Source: Candidatus Dormiibacterota bacterium
Lineage (GTDB): Bacteria; Chloroflexota; Dormibacteria; Aeolococcales; Aeolococcaceae
Length of the DNA stretch: 64,000 nt
Direction of reading: 5' to 3'
Assembly: GCA_963709585.1 (NCBI GenBank)
Contig: CAVPXI010000023.1
Span: 197,310-261,309, forward strand
Shown: positions 53,025 through 64,000 of the stretch, one piece after another
How positions within the stretch are numbered: position 1 is the first letter of the stretch
Layout of the letters: every line of letters starts with the position of its first letter
Notes under the pieces: generated by a model
Databases searched by the model: none
What the model was told of the DNA's origin: nothing
What the model saw: the letters and a program-made list of their open reading frames with translations, nothing else
Program-made: the position numbers and the translations under genes

Positions 53025-55344
53025 ATGGCTCGCTCCGCCCCAACCCGGCCCAAGCGCAAGCGCACGCCATCACGGCGTCCAGCGGCGCGCGCACGCTCGC
53101 GCGCCCCGTCCAGGTCGCGGTCTCCCTTGCTCCACCGCGACCTGCGCCGTGAGCTGACCGGCATCGGGGCGATCGGCGCGGGCGTGATCCTCGCCGCGGT
53201 GCTGGTCCTTCCCGGCGGTGGGGCGGTCGCCGGGCCGGTACACGACGGGCTCTTCGGCGCCTTCGGGATCGGCGCCTGGATCGGCGTTGCCGGGCTCGTG
53301 CTCACCGGCGCACGTCTGTGCATGACACCCGAGTGGCGAGCGGGCACGCTTGCGGCGCTCGGCAGCGCCGTCGCCATGGTCGCGCTCCTCGGATTGATCG
53401 GGATGATCAGGCCTGCCAACGCGGGTGCGCTGGGTCGCTGGATCGGCTCGGGCGTCGAGCGCGTGCTCGGTGGCGCCGGGGCGGGCGCCGCGCTCGTGGT
53501 CATCGCTGTCCTGGGAGTCATCCTGGCCACCGACCTCCGCACCGGCACGGTGATCCGTGCACTCGGCCGGTGGTTCGCCGCCGAAGGCGAGGGGCTGCGC
53601 CGCGATCGAGCGGCGAGGGCGTCCGCGGCACGCGCCCGCGGGTTCTCTTCGCAGGCGTCCGAGCCGTCCACCGAGCTGACCGGGGTGCCGATGTTGCTGC
53701 CGTTCGACCCGCCCAAGGTGACCGCGCCGCCGCTGACCGCCTTCCTCGACCCCGAGGAGCCGCAGGCCACCGGCGAGGACCTCGGCGAACACGGCTTCAC
53801 CCGCGAGTTCGAGGGCGTGCGCGCCACCCCTGGCGACGCGCAGGTGCCGCTGATCGGGCCGGTTCCGGAGGTCGGCCTCGGTCACGCCGTGATGATCAGC
53901 GACGAGCCGGAGAAGGTCTGGGTGCTGCCGACCGCCGAGCTGCTCGACACCATCACCGGCAAGCGTGAACGCCTGGCCGCTGAGGTTCGTGCCACAGGTG
54001 ACAAGATCGTGAGCACTCTGCAGTCGTTCGGAATCGAAACCCGCATCGTCGGGGCCAACAGCGGGCCGACGGTCACGCAGTACGAGTTGCAGCCGGCGGT
54101 CGGCGTGCCGGTGCGCCGCATCCTCGGGTATCAAACCGACCTCGCGCTTGCGCTGGCCGCGCCGATCCGGATCCAGCCTTTCATCCCAGGCAAATCGGCG
54201 ATCGGCATCGAAGTGCCCAACAAGGCGGCGCAGCTGGTGAGCCTCAAGGAGACGATCGAAGTCGCCGGCGTTCACCGACAGGCGCCACAAGCTGAGCGTC
54301 GCCCTCGGCGCCGATGTGAGTGGACACCCGGTGATCGGCGATCTCACGCGCATGCCCCACCTGCTCATCGCCGGTGCGACCGGCAGCGGCAAGTCGGTGT
54401 GCATCAACGCGGTGCTCGGGGGCTTCCTGCTGCAGGCGACGCCCGCGCAGCTCAAGATGATCCTCATCGACCCGAAGCGGGTCGAGCTGTCGAACTTTGC
54501 CGACCTGCCCCATCTTCTCGTCCCGGTCGTCGTCGAGCCCGAGGCGGCGGTCGCGTCGCTGCGCTGGGCGGTGAAGGAGATGGAGGAGCGATACAAGCTC
54601 TTCGCATCCCACGCCGCGCGAAACATCGTCGCGTTCAACGAGAAGGCTCCCGGCCTCGGCGTCGCACCCTTGCCCTACATCGTCATCGTGATCGACGAGC
54701 TCGCCGACCTGATGATGGTTGCGGCGGGGGAGATCGAGGATTTGATCTGCCGGATCGCGCAGCTTGCGCGCGCGGTGGGGCTCCATCTCATCGTTGCGAC
54801 CCAGCGTCCGTCGGCGGACATCATCACCGGCCTGATCAAGGCGAACATCCCGAGCCGGGTCGCATTCGCGGTTTCGAGCGGCGTGGATTCGCGTGTAATC
54901 CTCGACGAGATGGGAGCGGAGAAATTGCTCGGCCGCGGCGACATGCTGTATCTGCCGATCGACGAGGGCAAGCCTCGGCGGCTGCAGGGCGCGTTCGTCA
55001 GCGATCGCGAGCTCGACACGCTCATCGGCCACTGGAAGCTGCAGGGGAAGCCCGACTACCAGGAGGAGATCTTCACCGTCGAAGCCACGGTGTCGTGGGC
55101 GCGCGACGCGTCCAAGCGCGATCCGCTCTTTGCCAAGGCCGCGCACACGGTTGCCGCCGAAGGCCGGGCGGCCGCGTCCCTCCTCCAGCGCAAGCTCAGC
55201 GTGGGGTACACGCGGGCTGCGCGCCTCATCGACCAGCTCGCCGAGCATGGGGTTGTCGGACCGTTCGAAGGCAGCAAGTCGCGCGACGTCCTCATGGACG
55301 TCTTTCAGGTCGACGAGCTGCTCGCAGACCTGGGCGACGAGTAA
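53025..55344 (+). CDS. ftsK: DNA translocase FtsK/SpoIIIE (frameshift ~54259)
   Basis: N-terminal TMs, GPTVTQYE, GIEVPN; then PHLLIAGATGSGKS, IDELADLM, ATQRPS, and gamma domain LQRKLSVGYTRAAR. Confidence 0.94.
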
Positions 55345-55419
55345 GCGGGCGACGGTCACCCCGCTGCCAGGGCGTCGCTCGGCGCTGCGCCGGCTCGCGT
55401 GTCGCTATCCTCATCGTGC

Positions 55420-55911
55420 ATGCCCCAGGACCACAGCTTCGACGTCGTCAGCGAATTCGACCGCCAGGAGCTGGTGAACGCCGTCGACCAGGCGCGACGC
55501 GAAATCACCACCAGGTATGACTTCAAGGGAATCAACGTCGAGATCACCCTCGAGGACGAGACCATCACCCTGCTCACCGGCACCGACGCGCAGCTCAAGT
55601 CGATCATCGACGTCCTGCAGAGCAAGGCGCACCGACGCGGCATCGATCTCAAGGTGCTGGATCCGCAGAAGCCGGAGCCGGCGGCGAAGGGCAACGTGCG
55701 TCAGGTGGTCAAGCTCCGAAAGGGCATCGGCGAGGAGCTGGCGCGGGACCTGACCAAGAGGATCCGCGGCGTGCATCCGAAGGCGCAGGTCCGAACCCAG
55801 GGCGACCAGCTTCGGGTGTCGAGCAAAGACAAGGATGAGCTGCAGGCGGTGATCCAGCAGCTGCGCGATCTCGACGTCGACGTTCCCCTGCAGTTCACCA
55901 ACTACCGGTGA
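55420..55911 (+). CDS. yajQ: YajQ family nucleotide-binding protein
   Basis: SFDVVS, NAVDQA, RYDFKG, QGDQLRV, LQFTNYR. Confidence 0.94.
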   Translation: MPQDHSFDVVSEFDRQELVNAVDQARREITTRYDFKGINVEITLEDETITLLTGTDAQLKSIIDVLQSKAHRRGIDLKVLDPQKPEPAAKGNVRQVVKLRKGIGEELARDLTKRIRGVHPKAQVRTQGDQLRVSSKDKDELQAVIQQLRDLDVDVPLQFTNYR

Positions 55912-55964
55912 CGAGGCGCAGCCTGGACTGCGTCGCGCTCGTCATCGGCGGTGCCGGCTGACAC

Positions 55965-56531
55965 ATGGACGATGCGACCACGCCGCATCCCGATGACGAC
56001 GACCGGCTCCCGATGCTCGAGACGGCGTTCCCCGAGGCCGTGTCGCTCGGGCGAGCGCTCACCGAAGCGGGGATGACCATCGCCGTCGCCGAATCGTCCA
56101 CCGGCGGCCTGCTCGGGGCGGCGCTGACCGCGGTCGCCGGGTCGTCCGCGTACGTCCGCGGCGGGGTGATCGCCTACGCGGACGACGTCAAGGCCGAGCA
56201 TCTCGGTGTGGGCCGGCACCTGCTCTGGACCCACGGCGCGGTCAGCCCCGAGGTCGCCGGCGCGATGGCTTCCGGGGTGCGCCTGCGATTCAAGGCGAGT
56301 CTCGGCGTCGGCATCACCGGGGTCGCCGGACCCGACGCCAGCGAGCGCAAGCCCGCCGAACTCGTGTTCGTCGCCGTCGCCGATCCCACGACGGTTCGGG
56401 TGATCCATCTCGACGATGACCACGGGCGCGAGTTGAACCGTGCCCACGCGGTCCAGGCGGCGCTCCGTCTCTGCGCCGAGGTGATTCGCACTGCAGCCGG
56501 CGGTGGTCCAGTTCGGCCTGGAGGCTCGTGA
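55965..56531 (+). CDS. CinA C-terminal domain protein (NMN deamidase PncC-like)
   Basis: AVAESSTGG, GSSAY..GG..AY..K, GAVS, ITGVAGP. Confidence 0.9.
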   Translation: MDDATTPHPDDDDRLPMLETAFPEAVSLGRALTEAGMTIAVAESSTGGLLGAALTAVAGSSAYVRGGVIAYADDVKAEHLGVGRHLLWTHGAVSPEVAGAMASGVRLRFKASLGVGITGVAGPDASERKPAELVFVAVADPTTVRVIHLDDDHGRELNRAHAVQAALRLCAEVIRTAAGGGPVRPGGS

Positions 56532-56600
56532 GCGCGGTGACCTGGGTGCCGTCCGAGCACTCTCAACTTCGGGCTTGTCACGTCCTCGTGAAGGTTGTAC

Positions 56601-56614
56601 AGTACAAATGTTCG
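56601..56614 (+). promoter_or_regulatory. LexA-box variant upstream of recA
   Basis: AGTAC-AAAT-GTTCG, one mismatch to GAAC-N4-GTTC. Confidence 0.55.
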
Positions 56615-56711
56615 CCCCACCCGGTGAGCCCGGACGCATCGCCCGTCGCGACGCCCCTACGGCATCCCAGCCACGTCTCCAACAACTTCCACTATCCCTT
56701 GGAGTACAGCT

Positions 56712-56740
56712 TTGACGAACACACTAGCAAGTCGTACCAT
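56712..56740 (+). promoter_or_regulatory. recA sigma70-type promoter
   Basis: TTGACG - 17 bp - TACCAT. Confidence 0.65.
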
Positions 56741-56813
56741 CGATACTGTCGAGCCGGTCGTAGAAGTGAGCGGGCGGCGTGCTCGAGCGCCCCGTGACGA
56801 GAGGAGTGAGCCG

Positions 56814-57869
<1,056 letters not shown>

Positions 57870-57888
57870 CGCGGCGCTGGGAGCGACG

Positions 57889-58371
57889 GTGCGCTCATTC
57901 GCTCCAGCAGTGGAGCCCGAGAGTGCGGACGCTGCGGAGGATGCCGCTTTGCGCATCCTCCGTGGTGCCGGCCAGTCGGCGGCATCGCTGCAGCGAAAGC
58001 TGGAGCGACGCGGGTACACCGCCGACGCTGCCGGCGCCGCGGTGCTCCGCTGTGCTGCGTCCGGGTTCGTGGATGACGCGGCCATGGCCGCGTCAGTGGC
58101 CGCTCGGCATCGCCGCGCCGGCCACGGTCGCGCTCGTGTCGCCGCCGATCTTCGCGCGAAGGGCGTCGCCGCCGAGCTCATCAGCGAAGCACTCGACGGC
58201 CAGGACGACACCGAGGAAGCCGCTGCGCTGGCGGTCGCCCAGCAGCTCTGGGAGCGCACGGGGACAGCGGGGCCGCTCGATCGGCGGGCGCGGATGCGCG
58301 TCGCCGGCGCGCTCCAACGCCGGGGCTTCTCGTCGTCGCTGGTCGCCCGCGTGCTGCGTGGACTGACCTGA
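57889..58371 (+). CDS. recX: Regulatory protein RecX
   Basis: ALRIL, LQRKLERRG, GFVDD, LRAKGV, LQRRGF; directly after recA. Confidence 0.88.
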   Translation: MRSFAPAVEPESADAAEDAALRILRGAGQSAASLQRKLERRGYTADAAGAAVLRCAASGFVDDAAMAASVAARHRRAGHGRARVAADLRAKGVAAELISEALDGQDDTEEAAALAVAQQLWERTGTAGPLDRRARMRVAGALQRRGFSSSLVARVLRGLT

Positions 58372-58388
58372 CTGTCAGAACTCCCTCG

Positions 58389-59360
58389 ATGGAGTACACG
58401 CATCTCGGTCGTTCCGGTCTGTCGGTCAGCCGCCTATGCCTCGGGACGATGAACTTCGGTCCCGAGACCGATGAGACCACGTCCCACCAGATCATGGATG
58501 CCGCACTCGAGGCGGGTCTCAACTTCTTCGACACTGCCAATGTCTACGGCTGGAAGAAGGGCGAGGGGATCACCGAGCAGATCGTCGGGAGATGGTTCGC
58601 ACAGGGTGGTGGACGCCGCGAGAAGGTGGTTATCGCGACCAAGCTCTACGGGTCGATGAGCGACTGGCCGAATGACACATTCCTCTCTGCCCGGAACATC
58701 CGGAATGCGTGCGACGCCTCGCTCCGGCGGCTACAGACCGATCACATCGATCTTTATCAGATGCACCACATTGACCGGAGCACGCCGTTCGACGAGATCT
58801 GGCAGGCGATGGAGGTGCTGGTGCAGCAGGGCAAGGTGCTCTACGTCGGCTCGTCGAACTTTGCGGGCTGGACAATCGCTCAGGCGCAGGAGGCGGCACG
58901 AGCTCGCCACTTCCTCGGACTCGTCAGCGAGCAGTGCCTCTACAACCTCGTCGAGCGACACGTCGAGGAAGAGGTGATACCGGCGGCGCTGCACTACGGT
59001 GTCGGCATCATCCCCTGGAGCCCGTTGATGCGCGGACTGCTCGGCGGCATCCTGGCGAAGCAGCGCGACACCGGCCGGTCGGCATCGGAGACCACGCAAA
59101 GCCTCCTCGTCAGGCACCACGAGAAGATCGAGCGCTACGAAGCGTTGTGCGCACTGCTCGGCGAGCATCCTTCGGCCGTCGGGCTCGCATGGCTGCTCCG
59201 GCGGCCTGGGGTCACCGGGCCGATCGTCGGTCCGCGGACCACCGAGCAGTTCCAGAGCAACCTGCACGCGCTCGACGTTCACCTCGACGACGCGGCGCTG
59301 GAACAGCTGGAGGCGATCTTTCCCGGTCCGGGGCCGGCTCCCGAAGTCTGGGCCTGGTAG
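58389..59360 (+). CDS. Aldo/keto reductase
   Basis: LGRSGLSVSRLCLGTM, FDTANVY, ATK, LQTDHIDLYQMH, WSPL. Confidence 0.93.
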   Translation: MEYTHLGRSGLSVSRLCLGTMNFGPETDETTSHQIMDAALEAGLNFFDTANVYGWKKGEGITEQIVGRWFAQGGGRREKVVIATKLYGSMSDWPNDTFLSARNIRNACDASLRRLQTDHIDLYQMHHIDRSTPFDEIWQAMEVLVQQGKVLYVGSSNFAGWTIAQAQEAARARHFLGLVSEQCLYNLVERHVEEEVIPAALHYGVGIIPWSPLMRGLLGGILAKQRDTGRSASETTQSLLVRHHEKIERYEALCALLGEHPSAVGLAWLLRRPGVTGPIVGPRTTEQFQSNLHALDVHLDDAALEQLEAIFPGPGPAPEVWAW

Positions 59361-59369
59361 CGACCAGGG

Positions 59370-60656
59370 TCAGGCGCCGGCGACCGACGTGTTGGTTCGC
59401 TCGAAGCGGACCACCGGTCCGAGCGTGAAAAAGGTCGCTGTCGCAAGCAGCACCCCGAGGATGACGAGGCCGTCGATGCCGAGCAGGTGCGCGGCAAAGC
59501 CGCCGATGACCGCACCGAGCGCGCCGCCCCCGGCCAAAGCCACCGTATAGAAGGACATGAGCGCCGATCGATCCGCGCTCAGGCTCTCGGAGCAGTCGGC
59601 AAGGTAGGTCACCGCGGCGGGACCGAAGCCGGCAAGCCAGACGATGCCGAGGACGAGGAACGGCGCGATCAGGAGCATGCCGAGGAACGGCAGGTGGTTG
59701 ATGGCGAGCAGCGCGATCATCGTCAGCCAGGCCCCGGGCACCGCTCTGCGCATCACGACTGCCGGACCGAGACGGGTCACGAAGGGCGTCCAGAGCAGGA
59801 TGCCGATCAGGAAGACGGCGATCCAGGCGATCAGGAACAGGCCGATGACGCGCACGTCGAAGTGATGCATCAGCGACTGGGACGCCACCGCTTGATGGCG
59901 AAGCAGCGAGGGCAGATTGGCGACAAAGGCGCCGATGAGCGCGAACGACATGATCCATGCGGGGAGGAACGTGCGCATCGGTCCCGGACCGACTGCGGCC
60001 TGGAAGACGACGCGCAACGAGTGCACCGGGAGGGGAGGGACGCGTGGGACGAAAACGAGGCAGACGATTGCCGCGCAGGCGTACAACCCCGCGAGCAGCA
60101 CGAACGCCCCGCGGTGCAGGCCGAAGTACGCGGCCGAGCCCAGCCCAAACCCGCCCGCATACCCGATGAGCGTCGACGCCTCGAACGCACCGCTGGCGCC
60201 GGCGCGGCGGCGACGATCGCCGGACGTTGCGGCGGCGACCGTGCCCAAAGCGACCGGGACGAATGCGGCCGCACCCAGGCCCTCGAGCAGGCGTGCCCCG
60301 CCAAGCTCCGCTGGACGCACACCAAGCGCGACCAGCAACACCGCCACGACGCAGATGACCGGACCCGCCACCAGGAAGCGGCGCCGGCCGAACCGATCCG
60401 CGTAGCGCGCCAGGATCGGCGCGAACACCATCTCGGTCAGAGCTTGAGCCGCACCCACCAGACCGATGTCGATTCCGCTGGGTCTCCCGTGGGCCAGGTC
60501 GCTGAGCCGGAACTGGACGGCGACCCCAACTCCCACCGCCCCGACTCGAAGCAGACCACTGGCAACGAGCAGCGCTCCAATCGCTCGCGAGGCCGTGTGG
60601 CGCAGCTCGTCGTCGCCGGGTGCCTCGAGCACGCCGGCAACCTGCTGGTCGGTCAC
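59370..60656 (-). CDS. MFS transporter
   Basis: GTG 60656 MTDQQV; ARYADRFGRRR motif A; about 12 TM segments. Only the C-terminal part of the 1035-aa ORF is coding. Confidence 0.82.
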   Translation of the reverse strand: MTDQQVAGVLEAPGDDELRHTASRAIGALLVASGLLRVGAVGVGVAVQFRLSDLAHGRPSGIDIGLVGAAQALTEMVFAPILARYADRFGRRRFLVAGPVICVVAVLLVALGVRPAELGGARLLEGLGAAAFVPVALGTVAAATSGDRRRRAGASGAFEASTLIGYAGGFGLGSAAYFGLHRGAFVLLAGLYACAAIVCLVFVPRVPPLPVHSLRVVFQAAVGPGPMRTFLPAWIMSFALIGAFVANLPSLLRHQAVASQSLMHHFDVRVIGLFLIAWIAVFLIGILLWTPFVTRLGPAVVMRRAVPGAWLTMIALLAINHLPFLGMLLIAPFLVLGIVWLAGFGPAAVTYLADCSESLSADRSALMSFYTVALAGGGALGAVIGGFAAHLLGIDGLVILGVLLATATFFTLGPVVRFERTNTSVAGA

Positions 60657-60869
60657 GCCTCTAGGGTATCCCGCCACGTGACATTGATCGAAACATGCGA
60701 GCAACCCCTTTGGCTCGTACAATGGGATTGTCTGACGTCGTGAACGACCGGCCACCGCGGGCCGGCCCCGACTGGATCTCGAGACGCTGTGGGTCTCGCC
60801 CCGGTCCCCTTCCCGTCGTGAGGCATTCCAAGCAGGGCGCATCGCGCCCGACCTCCGAGGTTCCATCCC

Positions 60870-62411
60870 ATCGGCATCGAGATCCTCGCCCTGGCAGGGC
60901 TGGTGATTGTTGCGGCCGCGTTTGCGGCTGCAGCGGTTGTCTACGCGCGCAGAACCGTGGCGCAAAGCCGGGTCACGCACGACGCGGACGCTGAACGCCG
61001 TCTCGAACAGGTCCGGGCGATCGAGCAGGAAGCAAAATCGGTGCTGCTCGCCGCAAAGGAGGAGGCCGCACGCCGCAGGGACGAGGCCGAAGCGGAGGTT
61101 CGTGAGCGCCGGGCGGAGATCGCCCGGCTCGAGCAGCGGACCAACCAGCGCGAGGAGGGGCTCGAGCGCCGGCTCCGCGAGCTGGACTTCAACGAGCAAC
61201 GGCTGACCCGTCGCGATGCGGAGCTCGAGACCCTCCGCCAGACCGTCGAGGACGAGCGCAGCCTGATCACCAGGGAGCTCGAGCGGGTCGCCGCGCTCTC
61301 TGAGCAGGAGGCGCGGGTCGAGGTGGTGCGGAGCGTCGAGGGCGAGTTGGTTCCCGAGATCGCCGAACGGATCCGCGAGGCCGAGGTCCAGGTCCGTGAG
61401 GAGGCGGCCGAGCGCAGCCGCGAGATTCTCATCGCGGCGATGCAGCGCCAGGCGTCCGAGCAGAGCGGCGAGGCGTCGGTCACGGTCGTCCACCTCCCCT
61501 CGGACGAGCTCAAGGGCCGGATCATCGGGCGGGAAGGACGCAACATCCGCGCGCTCGAGGCCGCGACCGGCGTCGACGTCATCGTCGATGACACACCCGA
61601 GGCGATCGTGCTCAGCTCCTTCGACCCGGTGCGCCGCGAGGTCGCCCGGGCCACCCTCGAACGCCTCTTCAGCGACGGCCGCATCCATCCCGCGCGCATC
61701 GAGGAGATGGTCGTCAAGGCTCGCAACGAGCTCGCCCAGCAGATCAAGCACGAGGGCGAGCAGGCCTGCCAGGACATCGGGCTCACCAACGTCCATCCCG
61801 AGCTTGCCCGGTTGCTCGGCACGCTGCGTTACCGCAGCTCCTACGGCCACAACGTGCTCTCGCACAGCCAGGACACCGCCGCGCTCGCCGGGATGATCGC
61901 CGCGGAGATCGGGTTCGACGAGCAGATTGCCAAGGAGGCGGCGCTCTTCCACGACATCGGCAAGGCCGTCGAACACGACGTGGACGGCCCCCACGCGATC
62001 ATCGGTGGCGAGATCCTGGCGCGCCTCGGCCGTCCTGCCGCGGTCGTCCAGGCGGTACGCTCGCATCACTACGACGAGGAGCCGCGCTCGCCGGCCGCGG
62101 CCATCCTGATGACCGCCGACGCCATCAGCGCGGCACGACCGGGGGCGCGCCGGGAGTTGCTCGCCTCGACGATCAAGCGGCTCGAACGCATCGAGGCGAT
62201 CTCCAATGAGTTCCGCGGCGTCGAGCGCAGCTTTGCCGTGCTCGCCGGGAAGGAGCTTCGAGTTCTCGTCAAACCGGACGAGATCAGCGATGACGAGGCA
62301 CAGATCATGGCCCGCCAGATCGCCAAACGCCTCCATGGCGAGGGCAGCTACAGCGGCCGGGTCAAGGTGGTCGTCCTTCGCGAAACCCGCAGCGTGGAGT
62401 ACGCGAAGTAA
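60870..62411 (+). CDS. rny: Ribonuclease Y (probable ATC start; first canonical start GTG 60903)
   Basis: N-terminal TM, coiled coil, KH KGRIIGREGRNIR, HD domain HDIGKA, DAISAARPGAR. Confidence 0.95.
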   Translation: MGIEILALAGLVIVAAAFAAAAVVYARRTVAQSRVTHDADAERRLEQVRAIEQEAKSVLLAAKEEAARRRDEAEAEVRERRAEIARLEQRTNQREEGLERRLRELDFNEQRLTRRDAELETLRQTVEDERSLITRELERVAALSEQEARVEVVRSVEGELVPEIAERIREAEVQVREEAAERSREILIAAMQRQASEQSGEASVTVVHLPSDELKGRIIGREGRNIRALEAATGVDVIVDDTPEAIVLSSFDPVRREVARATLERLFSDGRIHPARIEEMVVKARNELAQQIKHEGEQACQDIGLTNVHPELARLLGTLRYRSSYGHNVLSHSQDTAALAGMIAAEIGFDEQIAKEAALFHDIGKAVEHDVDGPHAIIGGEILARLGRPAAVVQAVRSHHYDEEPRSPAAAILMTADAISAARPGARRELLASTIKRLERIEAISNEFRGVERSFAVLAGKELRVLVKPDEISDDEAQIMARQIAKRLHGEGSYSGRVKVVVLRETRSVEYAK

Positions 62412-62526
62412 CGATTGCATCGCGCCCGCCGGTGCTCGGCGCAGCGAGAGGCGACAATCGCGGCCGATAATGACCACGTCCTACTCATCGCCGCCCTCAC
62501 ATCCCGCTCCCGGGGTGACACCTCCA

Positions 62527-62787
62527 ATGGAAATCCTCAAAGTCTCAGCAACAAGCAAACCGGTCGCCGTCGCCGGCGCGATCGCCGGTGTGGTGCGCAC
62601 CCAAAAGCGGGTCGAGGTCCAGGCGATCGGCGCCGGGGCGATCAACCAGGCGGTCAAGGCGATCGCGATCTCGCGTGGCTACGTCGCGCCCGGCGGCCTT
62701 GACCTCGTGTGCATCCCCTCGTTCATCGACATCTCCATCGACGGCGAGGAGCGCACCGGAATCCGTCTGGTCGTGGAGGTTCGCTAG
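62527..62787 (+). CDS. spoVS: Stage V sporulation protein S (SpoVS, Alba-like fold)
   Basis: 86 aa MEILKVS..VAGAIAG..QAIGAGAINQAVKAIAI.RG..P.F..I.I.GEERT. Confidence 0.93.
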   Translation: MEILKVSATSKPVAVAGAIAGVVRTQKRVEVQAIGAGAINQAVKAIAISRGYVAPGGLDLVCIPSFIDISIDGEERTGIRLVVEVR

Positions 62788-62839
62788 CTCCCGATCGGGG
62801 CGCCCGATGGGTGCCGGGACACACTGCTAGGCTTCGACG

Positions 62840-64000
62840 ATGGCCATGTCGGTGCCGATCCTCAGTGACTCCGCTCGCGGTTTCAGGCCGCTCCCCCTGA
62901 TCGCGCGAGCGCCGCGCCGCGAGCCCCAGGTGCCGGTGCTCGGGAGAGCGCCGCGCGTGCACCTCTGGCACATCGGCTGTCAGATGAACGATGCCGACCG
63001 GGAGGAGTTGGCAGGCCAGCTCGCCGATATCGGCTGCATCCCCGAAACCGCCCTCGACGACTCCGACATCGCCGTGCTGATCACCTGCACGGTGCGCGCC
63101 AACGCCGAGCAGAAGGTCTTCGGGAAATTCCGCGAGCTGATTCCCTGGAAGCGCGCCCGTCCTGGACGGGCGATCGCGCTCACCGGATGCATGGCGGTCG
63201 AGCATGGCGAAGCCCTGCTCGGGCGGCTCCCCGAGGTCGACTATGTCTTCGACGTGCGCGAGCCCGACGGGTTCCTCGCCAAGCTCCAGGCACTCCATGC
63301 CCCGAACCTCGACGGACCGGTGATCGTGCCGGCCTCGGATCGGCTGAGCGCCTACGTTGCGGTCATGGGTGGCTGCAACGAGATGTGCACGTACTGCATC
63401 GTCCCATTCGTTCGCGGCCGCGAGCTCAGCCGCCCCCTGCCCGAGGTGGTGGAGCACGTCGAGCGCCTGGTGGCGCAGGGCGTGCGCGAGGTCACCCTGC
63501 TGGGACAGAACGTGAACTCGTATCACGACCAGCCGCGTCAGGCCCGTTTGCCCGAGCTCCTCGCGGCGGTCGACGCCGTGCCCGGGCTCTGGCGGCTGCG
63601 CTTTCTCACGTCCCATCCGCGCAACGCCGTCCCCGAGCTGTTCGCGGCGATGCGCGACCTTCCCACGGTCTGCGAGCAGCTCCACCTGCCGGTTCAGGCA
63701 GGCGACGACAACCTGCTCCGGCGGATGCGCCGCCTGTACAGCGTCGATGAGTACCGGGCGAAGATCGAGGCCGCAATCGACACAGTCGGGCCGCGTCTCG
63801 CGCTCAGCACCGATATCATCGTCGGGTTCTGCGGTGAGACCGACGCGGAGTTTGCCGGCACCGAATCGCTGATGCGCGAGCTGCGTTTCGACACCGTGCA
63901 CCTCGCCGCCTACTCGGTCCGCCCCGGGACCGCCGCGGCCCGTCGCGAGGACGACGTTCCGCTCCAGGAGAAGAAGGCCCGGCTCAACCATCTCCTCGGC
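62840..64000 (+). CDS. miaB: tRNA methylthiotransferase MiaB (3' truncated by window)
   Basis: GCQMN, TCTVR.NAEQK, TGCMA, GCNEMCTYCIVP (radical SAM), LLGQNVNSY, TSHP, HLPVQ. Missing from the ORF track because it runs off the end. Confidence 0.93.
   Translation, partial: MAMSVPILSDSARGFRPLPLIARAPRREPQVPVLGRAPRVHLWHIGCQMNDADREELAGQLADIGCIPETALDDSDIAVLITCTVRANAEQKVFGKFRELIPWKRARPGRAIALTGCMAVEHGEALLGRLPEVDYVFDVREPDGFLAKLQALHAPNLDGPVIVPASDRLSAYVAVMGGCNEMCTYCIVPFVRGRELSRPLPEVVEHVERLVAQGVREVTLLGQNVNSYHDQPRQARLPELLAAVDAVPGLWRLRFLTSHPRNAVPELFAAMRDLPTVCEQLHLPVQAGDDNLLRRMRRLYSVDEYRAKIEAAIDTVGPRLALSTDIIVGFCGETDAEFAGTESLMRELRFDTVHLAAYSVRPGTAAARREDDVPLQEKKARLNHLLG

Noticed and set aside
50680-54265. Programmed frameshifting at the shared CGAAGTCG context in udg and ftsK
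   Set aside because: There is no slippery heptamer or stimulator, and it is explained by an extra A like the other indels.
59370-62477. 1035-aa minus-strand ORF suggesting a giant MFS fusion
   Set aside because: The upstream two-thirds is the antisense shadow of rny. Only 59370-60656 is MFS-like and has its own start and -10.

Overview
This is a high-GC bacterial chromosome segment with Terrabacteria-type features: rny, rnj, spoVS, GAAC-N4-GTTC LexA boxes and many apparently leaderless genes. A Dormibacterota/Chloroflexota-like lineage is my inference, not something the sequence shows. Bases 1-23.7 kb are accessory. They hold two paralogous class III nucleotidyl cyclase-STAND ATPase-TPR genes flanking a divergent pair (an MFS transporter fused to a cNMP-binding domain, and an MBL-fold putative phosphodiesterase). 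They also hold a UbiG-like methyltransferase, an AHL-lactonase-like MBL, a non-phosphorylative sugar-acid catabolism cluster, an amidohydrolase, transporters, a beta-carbonic anhydrase and a small Cys-rich ORF behind a DnaA-box-like array. Bases 23.7-64 kb are core genes: thrS, infC-rpmI-rplT-pheST-mpg, yebC-ruvCAB-queA-tgt-secDF, rimP-nusA-ylxR-infB-rbfA-nrnA-truB-ribF-rpsO-pnp-asd-udg-rnj, ftsK, yajQ, cinA-recA-recX, rny-spoVS-miaB. The best leads are (1) a self-contained cNMP make/break/sense module with a transporter as effector, (2) apparent non-canonical starts on infB (ATA) and rny (ATC) as well as infC (ATC), and (3) an unannotated ~320-nt structured antisense transcript with a 16-aa ORF between mpg and yebC. 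About 11 single-base indels, including one in essential pheT, look like long-read errors rather than pseudogenes. I saw no rRNA, tRNA, CRISPR array or transposase.
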